Origin: a virus
Lineage: Duplodnaviria > Caudoviricetes
Virus record (IMG/VR): IMGVR_UViG_3300008093_000065
Span: 1 to 24,480 of that record
Reading direction: 5' to 3' (one strand)
Length of the DNA: 24,480 nt
This document shows positions 18,038-24,480 of this stretch, in pieces (positions within the stretch are counted from its first letter, which is position 1; the number at the start of each line of letters is the position of its first letter). The notes below the pieces were generated by a model. It was not told the DNA's origin. It saw only the letters and a list, made by a program, of their open reading frames with translations, and did no database searches. Both the position numbers and the translations under genes were made by a program.

Positions 18038-18492
18038 GCTTTAACCAGCTCAGATTCGTGGCCCAGCATATCAACGAGATACGAAACGCCCTGCTCGTCG
18101 CTAACAGCTACGCCCCGGAATCCCAGCAGCTTTGCGGCGCGGGCGGTGTAATGCTGGATATCCCAGGAGGCATCGGCCATATCTTCAGGTTCTACATTAC
18201 TGTCGATGTCGTAGATTGAGGCGCTTTCTTCAATCAGCGCTTCTGCGGCATCTTCTTCGATATCGAATCGAGCAGCGACTTCTGCGACAAGCGCGGAAAG
18301 CTTTTCTGCATTCTCATGATAAAACAGAGCGCTGGCTTCGATTACTGCGGCATCATCGAGATCGATGGCGTAGATAATATAACTACCGGCGGTCATCACG
18401 TATTCGTCATGAGCAAAGAACAAGAACTCACCGAAGCGGCCGGATGTGTTGATGCTGGTTATTTCAACGGGGCTGGTGTGGGTGAGTTGCAT
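18034..18492 (-). CDS. AcrIF11-like anti-CRISPR (putative ADP-ribosyltransferase)
   Basis: 152 aa, acidic. N-terminal MQLTHTS..EI..I...G.FG..LF and C-terminal WDIQ....AAKLLGF.GV.VSDEQGVSYL match the recalled AcrIF11 pattern (MELFHGS.EEI.EI...G.FGGLF; WELQRLRG.LA..LGY..VEMEDEHGTTWL). Start at 18492 has a GGAG RBS; the longer TTG start at 18546 is the promoter -35 hexamer. Confidence 0.8.
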   Translation of the reverse strand: MQLTHTSPVEITSINTSGRFGEFLFFAHDEYVMTAGSYIIYAIDLDDAAVIEASALFYHENAEKLSALVAEVAARFDIEEDAAEALIEESASIYDIDSNVEPEDMADASWDIQHYTARAAKLLGFRGVAVSDEQGVSYLVDMLGHESELVKA

Positions 18493-18517
18493 AAGGTTTC
18501 TCCGTGTTGATAAGCAA

Positions 18518-18546
18518 ATAATGCGCTCAATGAGCGTATTCGTCAA
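18518..18546 (-). promoter_or_regulatory. Sigma70 promoter with an overlapping inverted-repeat operator (acr-aca promoter)
   Basis: TTGACG-17 bp-CATTAT. The palindrome AATGCGCTCA-A-TGAGCGTATT (18520-18540, 9/10 match) fills the spacer. Confidence 0.8.
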
Positions 18547-18585
18547 GCGCTATCTCAAGAAAACCCTAATGCCCGGTATTTTATT

Positions 18586-18918
18586 TCAATCCCCACTGTA
18601 CCGCCCGTTCCCATAATCATCTGCTGGCGTTTTTTCCTTTGGCGGCTGCGTGCGGCGCCGCAGCTGATGGACTCGCGCAGACTGCCTGTTCAGCTGAGTA
18701 CGCAAAAGCAACAACGCCTCATGCTCCGCCAGGGGCTGACCATCGGGCGGTATCCATCCTGCAGCGTTGCACTGAATACATGCTGCTGATGGGCTGCTAT
18801 CAAACATGCCAGCCACCAGCCCTTTTCCACCGCAGCCGCTACAGCGAATCCACGTTGCCTTACTGAAGCGCTGGCGCTCACACTGGCGGCTTAGGTTGCT
18901 CTTCTTCCACCCAGTCAT
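18586..18918 (-). CDS. Zinc-finger protein (CxxCxGxG...CxxC), function unknown
   Basis: CSGCGGKG and CIQCNAAG; TGATG-coupled to the upstream Q-like gene. Confidence 0.7.
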   Translation of the reverse strand: MTGWKKSNLSRQCERQRFSKATWIRCSGCGGKGLVAGMFDSSPSAACIQCNAAGWIPPDGQPLAEHEALLLLRTQLNRQSARVHQLRRRTQPPKEKTPADDYGNGRYSGD

Positions 18919-19559
18919 CAGATAGCTATCGCGGGTGCTGTATTGATTACATCCATGCCCGGCGCAGCAGGATCTCGAAAACTGCGAACAGATGCCAATG
19001 CTGCGCCAACCGAAGGCAAGCCAGCTTTATCCAGCTCAGCGCACGCCTGCTCAACCAACGCTGCCAGATACCCATAATCACGGCCAAAATTCCGGCCAGA
19101 CAGATCAAATCCAACCGCACCGCCACTTATGCGGCGCACAGCACGATCAAAATGTGCAGGTTTGCGGTATTTACGGTGGCCGGTCACAGCCATAGCCCGG
19201 TAGTTGTCCATATGGGCATACACAAGCAGCTGAGTGCGCAGCGCCACAGGATCACTAAGGGCTGCCAGATCGACATCAACCAGCGCAGCAATGGCTGCAA
19301 CAGCCACCTCCTGATTTGAGCGGATAACAGCAAACACCGCCGGGCCATAGGCCCACATCAACCAAGCGCGGATGTGATTCGGCAACTTTTCAACTGCAGA
19401 GATAATTTTTGCGGCTTCGTAACGACTGGCCAGCCGGTGAGTGCTGGTGGTCATTGGCCGGCCACCGGCAGAGCCTGTAAAGTCTGAATTTCCCTGCAAC
19501 TCTATGCTGTAGGCTTCGAGAATGGCGACGCGCGCCGAGAACTTTGTGGTGATGATCAT
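18918..19559 (-). CDS. Putative late antitermination protein Q-like
   Basis: Position ahead of the late promoter and lysis genes; I..AVEKLP.H.RAWL.WAYG motif as in Q-like proteins. ATG at 19559 preferred to the 19589 start. Confidence 0.55.
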   Translation of the reverse strand: MIITTKFSARVAILEAYSIELQGNSDFTGSAGGRPMTTSTHRLASRYEAAKIISAVEKLPNHIRAWLMWAYGPAVFAVIRSNQEVAVAAIAALVDVDLAALSDPVALRTQLLVYAHMDNYRAMAVTGHRKYRKPAHFDRAVRRISGGAVGFDLSGRNFGRDYGYLAALVEQACAELDKAGLPSVGAALASVRSFRDPAAPGMDVINTAPAIAI

Positions 19560-19654
19560 GCGGTGCCCCTGTCCTGAGTCCAGAGGCAAATATACGATGA
19601 TCAGTGAAAGCTAACAGGCCCTATAATTATGAACGAAGAGCTGCTTTAACTCTA

Positions 19655-20542
19655 TCATTCGACGTTGTACTTGGCGTTTTCCAGGCTCTTATGGATCTGA
19701 AAAGAAAGCTGATGAATAGTACTCATAAAAAGACCGTATTGGTATTCTGGATCTTGATCCTGAGGTAAATTCTCAAGCATCTCAAACGCATCCTCAAATC
19801 CGATAGCCGCATTAGTTTTAACGATTCTAATGACGGAGGCAATATCACGTAGTGACGCTAAATCACTGAAATACTCATCAAGAAGCTTTGAACCCTCCTC
19901 ATCCACGGATTCGCGCAGTTTGACCCTGCTCCACTTGCTTCTAAATTTTATTATTTCAGTATTAAGAGTCTTAAAGAAAATATCTCTAAACCAAAAGTCG
20001 TCATAAATAGACTTCCGGTTTTGGTAGGCAAAATTTTGATACATGCGCCAAGTATTAAATAGTGACACAACCAAAGTAATGGACGCTATTACAAGACTGA
20101 CAATCCAAAATGAAATTGGCTTATCTTCATTATTACTGGAGCCAATTTCGCGGGATTCTTTGGCGCTATAAATCTCATCTGGCGCGCCATGCTTTGCGGG
20201 TAGAATCCTCTCGTCACCCTTCACTTCAGGTAAAGTCTTCTTATTCGCTGAATCAGTATCAACTGCAACTACATCGGCCTCAACTTCAACAACATCTGTC
20301 GTCGCGTCACTAGGCTGAATAGGTTCCTTTCTGGAGTTATCGGAATCAATTTTGAGGATTTTGATACTTGGAGGAGTTACTTCAACCAAATGAGACTGAT
20401 GTGCTGGAGTAGCCAGGCCGCCATCATCTAATGCATTTACGCGAACTGCCAAGTCGGAATTTTTTTGAATACCCTCCTCGGCATACGAGGCCGAGGAGGA
20501 TGAAAATATAAAAACAAGGCAGAGATTAAACAGCCATTGCAT
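19655..20542 (-). CDS. Uncharacterised bitopic membrane protein (signal peptide, acidic low-complexity exported region, one TM, helical cytoplasmic domain)
   Basis: Start MQWLFNLCLVFIFSSSSASYA|EE overlaps the STAS gene end; TM segment ISFWIVSLVIASITLVVSLF; AT-rich DNA. Confidence 0.75.
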   Translation of the reverse strand: MQWLFNLCLVFIFSSSSASYAEEGIQKNSDLAVRVNALDDGGLATPAHQSHLVEVTPPSIKILKIDSDNSRKEPIQPSDATTDVVEVEADVVAVDTDSANKKTLPEVKGDERILPAKHGAPDEIYSAKESREIGSSNNEDKPISFWIVSLVIASITLVVSLFNTWRMYQNFAYQNRKSIYDDFWFRDIFFKTLNTEIIKFRSKWSRVKLRESVDEEGSKLLDEYFSDLASLRDIASVIRIVKTNAAIGFEDAFEMLENLPQDQDPEYQYGLFMSTIHQLSFQIHKSLENAKYNVE

Positions 20543-20858
20543 TGACCGCTCGGGAAAAGCCTCGATTAATGCCACGCAACAATTCCTTCTGGTTTGTATC
20601 ATTCAGCTGTTTGAAATCAATATTTTCTAAGAGTTCTTTTTTTGTTGTGTATTTATCAAAGAGCTTAGATAGCATTCCCAAGAAATATGAGTTGGTAATG
20701 ACAGTATCGCCATCATTCTGCAACACAATTTTACAATTAGAGGCTACATCTGAGAGTTCCAGAAGCTCACATGCATCTTTACCATTGTCCCGGCCAGAAA
20801 GTAGCTTTTTACCTCTGGTGAACCTACCTAGGTCAATAATCATCGTATTGTCACTCAT
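20526..20858 (-). CDS. STAS-like domain protein (DUF4325-like, anti-anti-sigma fold)
   Basis: 110 aa; IDL, LSGRDNGK, ITNSYFLGM matching the DUF4325-type pattern with a candidate phosphoacceptor Ser; ATGA-coupled to the ATPase. Confidence 0.75.
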   Translation of the reverse strand: MSDNTMIIDLGRFTRGKKLLSGRDNGKDACELLELSDVASNCKIVLQNDGDTVITNSYFLGMLSKLFDKYTTKKELLENIDFKQLNDTNQKELLRGINRGFSRAVNAMAV

Positions 20859-22228
20859 TCATCATCCTCCTCTTTGAGAGGGAATCTGATACTTATAGCA
20901 ACGCCAGGGAAGAATGATCGGCTCAACTTCCGGACGTAGCGAGGATCGGGCGGCGATCTTAAACTATTTTGCTCATTAAAGGAAATGATCAATTGCTCAT
21001 CCCCTTCTTCAGCATCAGGGTTATTGTAGTTCGAAAGCTGAGAAAGCCTATAAGTTCCATCAAAAATAATATGTGTCTTACCTGAAACAATGCTCATCAT
21101 GGGCTTCACGTCTGCTCGTCCAAACTTCTGAGAGAACTCTTCACACATTCTTTCAAAAAACTGGATAAGGAATACCGTCCCTTGGCCGTTGTTTTCACTA
21201 TCATCCTCATTTTTACAGCTATAAAGCTGCTGCAGGGCGGCAACAGTAATCAGCTGTTCTATAGTAAATTCACCCTCATGGGCGTTGGCATAATCCAATA
21301 CAAGATTGCGGCTATAACTCCCTTCCGGAAGCATAAGGAACGAATCTGCAATAGTTATGCCAAAATTAAATATTGACACTTCAAAGTTCTGGCTTTTTGA
21401 GTGACTATTTAGATACCCTCTTGCATACCATACATGCCCTCCTTTTCCCTCTCTAACAGAATGTCTTTCGGCGTTATCTAAAACCTCACTCACCGACTTC
21501 ATAAGCAACTCAGAAGCCTCATTGGTAAGCTCTAGCTTGTGATCACGGATACAGTCATTCACATGCTCAGTGAGTTTTTCAGATGCAATGGTCTTATCAT
21601 CAACACTATGGGCGCTTGGAGTTGATTTTTTGACGCTCTTGTAAGAAAAAAGATGCTGCTTTTCAGTCGGAAGTGGGACTGGGCGGGACGACTTCGCATT
21701 GAGCTCCTTGATAATGCCGATCTCATTGATAAGTTGTTGATGGTCAGGACTCTCCGGCAAGCTACCGCTTATTTTGATCGGGCTCTTTGTTAATCGACGC
21801 CATTGCTCAGCAACCTCAGCACCAACACCAAGCAGCGCCTCGGAAGTCAAGTTGTATGATCTAACGCGATGATGATCAACCATCACGCTCTTGACCTTCT
21901 TATCAATGCACGTCTCAACCGCCTCCCATATGCTCAAAAGTGATTCTTCGGGATATTCAATAAAGCAGCTGCGAGCAGGCAAACGGACACGTCGATACCT
22001 ACCTCGCTGCGACTTGGGCAACCTTGGACTGTCAGAGAATTTACGGAAGTAATTCAAAAGATAATCGGTGCGAGCCCAGCGCTGGTGACGACCTTCTTCA
22101 GAAATAGGCCCAAACCTTCTGACATGCTTTAACTTTTTATAGTGCTTGGCTCGAGCGCATCCAGCTAAATGGCGCTTCCACCCCTTTGTATTGCATGCAC
22201 GAGAATAATGCCTATCACTAAGGCGCAT
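20855..22228 (-). CDS. GHKL (HATPase_c-like) ATPase/Ser kinase with a basic N-terminus and a probable degenerate STAS-like domain
   Basis: N-box SEVLDNAERHS, G1-like FNFGITI, G2 NGQGT, terminal FPGVAISIRF; no TM segment and no obvious HisKA H-box. Confidence 0.8.
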   Translation of the reverse strand: MRLSDRHYSRACNTKGWKRHLAGCARAKHYKKLKHVRRFGPISEEGRHQRWARTDYLLNYFRKFSDSPRLPKSQRGRYRRVRLPARSCFIEYPEESLLSIWEAVETCIDKKVKSVMVDHHRVRSYNLTSEALLGVGAEVAEQWRRLTKSPIKISGSLPESPDHQQLINEIGIIKELNAKSSRPVPLPTEKQHLFSYKSVKKSTPSAHSVDDKTIASEKLTEHVNDCIRDHKLELTNEASELLMKSVSEVLDNAERHSVREGKGGHVWYARGYLNSHSKSQNFEVSIFNFGITIADSFLMLPEGSYSRNLVLDYANAHEGEFTIEQLITVAALQQLYSCKNEDDSENNGQGTVFLIQFFERMCEEFSQKFGRADVKPMMSIVSGKTHIIFDGTYRLSQLSNYNNPDAEEGDEQLIISFNEQNSLRSPPDPRYVRKLSRSFFPGVAISIRFPLKEEDDE

Positions 22229-22263
22229 TCAATCTTCCCTGTGAGAATCAAAAATAGCGGACG

Positions 22264-22317
22264 ATTCTGATACCTATACACAGCAATATCAATAGATGGC
22301 GCATGCTCTTGAGTCAA
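22264..22317 (-). promoter_or_regulatory. Candidate promoter(s) for the GHKL-STAS cassette
   Basis: TTGATA-17-CAGAAT (22292-22264) and TTGACT-17-TATTGA (22317-22289) in the 99-bp AT-rich gap. Confidence 0.35.
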
Positions 22318-22327
22318 ATAACAAAAA

Positions 22328-22822
22328 CTACAGTTTAAAGTACAGCGCCAACAGAGCCGCATCACGAGTATCTGAATTGCTCCGGCCTGCCCAGCCAGTA
22401 ATCCGGTTAAAGTATTCCGCATCAGCCTTTGCCTGGCGCTTTGCCGGACCTTGCAGTGGCTTTACCAGCTGAATATCTGCACCCATGTGCCGCAAACACT
22501 CCACCAATACCCGGGCCACCCCCTTTACCTGCCCAACCTTCTGGGCAATTGCAGCGTGCGTGCGGGCGTTTGTGCGGGCGCGGTGGTACGTCGTTTTGTC
22601 GTGCTCAACGTCTTCAACAACAAACAAAGCGGCGCAGGCCACCAGCTGGCGGGCATACTGAAGCAAATCAGGGAATGCCATGGCCTGAAGACTGGTCAGC
22701 TGGCCGCCTTCAACCACCGCAACACCACTTTTAACCAGGTCAGGGTCAATGCCAACCACCAGTCGACCAGATACAACCTTGGCCGCTGGATTTCGTCTTA
22801 CCGGTGTTTTTTGTTCAGCCAT
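22328..22822 (-). CDS. RuvC-like (RNase H fold) Holliday junction resolvase
   Basis: VVGIDPD...SGVA, FVVED, KVGQVKG, RDAALLA acidic catalytic pattern. Confidence 0.8.
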   Translation of the reverse strand: MAEQKTPVRRNPAAKVVSGRLVVGIDPDLVKSGVAVVEGGQLTSLQAMAFPDLLQYARQLVACAALFVVEDVEHDKTTYHRARTNARTHAAIAQKVGQVKGVARVLVECLRHMGADIQLVKPLQGPAKRQAKADAEYFNRITGWAGRSNSDTRDAALLALYFKL

Positions 22823-23232
22823 GCGCTGTACTCCAACATAATTTCGTTGCGGAAACGCAGGCCAAGGACTGGGTCATTATCCAGCTGGGCGCGACTGGTA
22901 AAGCGAAGCAGGCTTTTAACCGCCTGTTCAGCCAATGCGGGCGTACTGGCGTTGCAGCCAAGCGTAACCAGAAAGGCCTGAAACGGCTTTTCCTTCTCCC
23001 GCTGCGCCAGCCAGATCGAAAGCTGGCCGCCCTTGATAGGTTCTGCGCTGGTGGCTGGTGGCTCATTAACGGCGGCAGGCCGGTCAGCAATCTGAGTGCG
23101 GGTCATCAACTCAACACTCGTCGGATTGCTTGCCAGGCGGCGGCGCAGCTCATCAGCCGGACAATCAATAACCACGAGAGCCACAGAGCGGCCCTTGTCG
23201 TCGGCATGCAGGTCTTTAATCAGGGCGCGCAT
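22798..23232 (-). CDS. Hypothetical phage protein
   Basis: Fills the gap and overlaps both neighbours; ATG at 23232 (MRALIKDL) follows a GGAG RBS. Confidence 0.6.
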   Translation of the reverse strand: MRALIKDLHADDKGRSVALVVIDCPADELRRRLASNPTSVELMTRTQIADRPAAVNEPPATSAEPIKGGQLSIWLAQREKEKPFQAFLVTLGCNASTPALAEQAVKSLLRFTSRAQLDNDPVLGLRFRNEIMLEYSAWLNKKHR

Positions 23233-23587
23233 TACTTCGCTCCTGCAACTCAATGATTGCCAAAATGTTCCAGGCAGCGTGCCACAGGTGCGGCATGCCT
23301 GTTTGATGGTCAATACCTTCCAGATTTCTCAGCTCCAGCAGGTGGCGCATAAGTGCATCTTCATACCGCTGGGGGCCATCCTTAACACTTTGCCAACCGC
23401 CTCGCGTGTACTTTTCCGCACCAAAAGTTCCGACTCGTGCAACACGCTCCAGCGCATTACCAAAATCCAGCAACACGCCAGCTAAGGTTTTACCGGCATC
23501 CAGCTTGGCGCCAGGCTGGTGCTGATCAATCCCCGCAGGGTCACTCTCTGGTATCCGCTGACGGATCAGGCGACGCTTTCCAGTCAT
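23216..23587 (-). CDS. dATP/dGTP diphosphohydrolase N-terminal domain protein (DUF5664-like)
   Basis: GAKLDAGK, VARV.TFGAEKY..GGW, RY.DAL.RHL, D.QTG.PHL.HAAWN. Confidence 0.85.
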   Translation of the reverse strand: MTGKRRLIRQRIPESDPAGIDQHQPGAKLDAGKTLAGVLLDFGNALERVARVGTFGAEKYTRGGWQSVKDGPQRYEDALMRHLLELRNLEGIDHQTGMPHLWHAAWNILAIIELQERSNARPD

Positions 23588-24207
23588 GCTGCCACTACCC
23601 CCTCAGCAATCGCCACCACAAGGTCCCGCGCCGCGACAGCATCAGCCAGCGCACGATGAGCCTTGCCGGTAAACTCAACACCCGCCAGCTCACAGCAGCG
23701 CGCCAGTGATAACCGGCGGAACTTGCTGTTTTGAACATCCCATTCCAGATGCTCTGAAAAGTACCGGTTAGCCAGCTCCATAACGTCATTGCGCTGATCC
23801 CACGGGATAACAGATTCAAACGGGTCCCAGCTTTTTTGTGGACGCACAGTTTCCGGCTCGGCAGTGTTAGATAACGACCAGACATCAAAGCGCAGATTAA
23901 AGGCTGACAACTGCCGACCATTGGCAATCCGCTGATGAATCATGGCAACGACTGCCCCGGGGCGCGGGGCTGATTTCAGGGTTTCATTATCAATGCCATG
24001 CAGCGCAGTAGCGCGGTCACTTACCACCAGATCGGTGTGCACCAGTGTGTCCAAAACCACCGCGCCGGTATCGCCCTCAATAACCGCTATATCAATCACG
24101 GCATCAGTGGCTTCATCGTTCCAGTTCGTCTCGGTATCAAAAAAATCGCACTCGGCAAGAATGCGGCGAGCCTCTGCCCGAAGGCCGTCTTTAGTAATCA
24201 AAATCAT
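23584..24207 (-). CDS. DEDDh 3'-5' exonuclease (DnaQ-like)
   Basis: ExoI FFDTET, ExoII AFNLRFD, ExoIII AHRALADA; GGAGG RBS. Confidence 0.9.
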   Translation of the reverse strand: MILITKDGLRAEARRILAECDFFDTETNWNDEATDAVIDIAVIEGDTGAVVLDTLVHTDLVVSDRATALHGIDNETLKSAPRPGAVVAMIHQRIANGRQLSAFNLRFDVWSLSNTAEPETVRPQKSWDPFESVIPWDQRNDVMELANRYFSEHLEWDVQNSKFRRLSLARCCELAGVEFTGKAHRALADAVAARDLVVAIAEGVVAA

Positions 24208-24221
24208 GCAAAGCCTCCGGG

Positions 24222-24480
24222 CTAAAAGGGTATGTCATCATCAAAGTCATCAAATCCATTGCTATGCGCAGGGACTGGCTGCTGATCAGCAGGCGCAGGC
24301 TGCTGGCCGCCATGAATTTGCCCCGCCATCGCCCCGGCCGACTGATATCCACCTGCAGGCTGGCCAGCACCCGCAGGGCGTGAGCTGCACATTGTCATAT
24401 CGCTGGCGATGATTTCGGTGGTGTCGCGTTTAATGCAGCCATTCTCCCACTCACGGGAGCGCAGCTTGCCCTCGATGTAC
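24222..24480 (-). CDS. ssb: Single-stranded DNA-binding protein, 3' part; runs off the right end
   Basis: Manual translation gives YIEGKLRSREWE...TTEIIA, a Gly/Gln/Pro linker, and the acidic tip FDDFDDDIPF*. Confidence 0.93.
   Translation of the reverse strand, partial: YIEGKLRSREWENGCIKRDTTEIIASDMTMCSSRPAGAGQPAGGYQSAGAMAGQIHGGQQPAPADQQPVPAHSNGFDDFDDDIPF

Noticed and set aside
17852-18492. Toxin-antitoxin pair or phage immunity repressor
   Set aside because: AcrIF11-like motifs, acr-then-HTH order and the promoter palindrome fit acr-aca better; the HTH has no CI peptidase domain.
18493-18546. 18-aa N-terminal extension of the Acr-like ORF in the ORF track
   Set aside because: Its TTG start is the -35 hexamer; the ATG at 18492 has an RBS and matches the family N-terminus.
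20855-22228. Classical two-component sensor histidine kinase
   Set aside because: No TM/sensor region, no clear H-box and no response regulator nearby; the partner is a STAS protein.
1-24480. CRISPR array, tRNA/rRNA, IS element, integrase/att site, diversity-generating retroelement
   Set aside because: I saw no repeat-spacer pattern, RNA gene signature, transposase, integrase, reverse transcriptase or TR/VR repeat pair by eye; a computational scan would be needed to exclude subtle cases.

Overview
The window is part of a lambda-like, long non-contractile-tail temperate phage or prophage, probably from a gammaproteobacterial host. Every credible gene is on the minus strand. In transcription order (right to left) it holds: the 3' end of ssb, a DnaQ-like exonuclease, a dATP/dGTP diphosphohydrolase-like gene, a hypothetical gene and a RuvC-like resolvase; an AT-rich three-gene insert (GHKL ATPase/kinase, STAS protein, bitopic membrane protein); a putative antiterminator Q and a Zn-finger gene; an AcrIF11-like anti-CRISPR with an Aca-like HTH gene, behind a sigma70 promoter that carries a palindromic operator; a pR'/tR'-like region; a five-gene lysis cassette; a lambda-like cos; then the head genes (terminases, gpW, portal, ClpP-capsid fusion, cement) and tail genes (connectors, tube, G/T chaperones, tape measure, Dit, beta-helix tailspike, DUF1833, NlpC/P60), ending in a truncated J-like tail-tip gene. 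The best candidates for novelty are the GHKL-STAS-membrane protein cassette and the acr-aca operon. Family assignments come from recognising motifs by eye and from gene order. No database searches were run.
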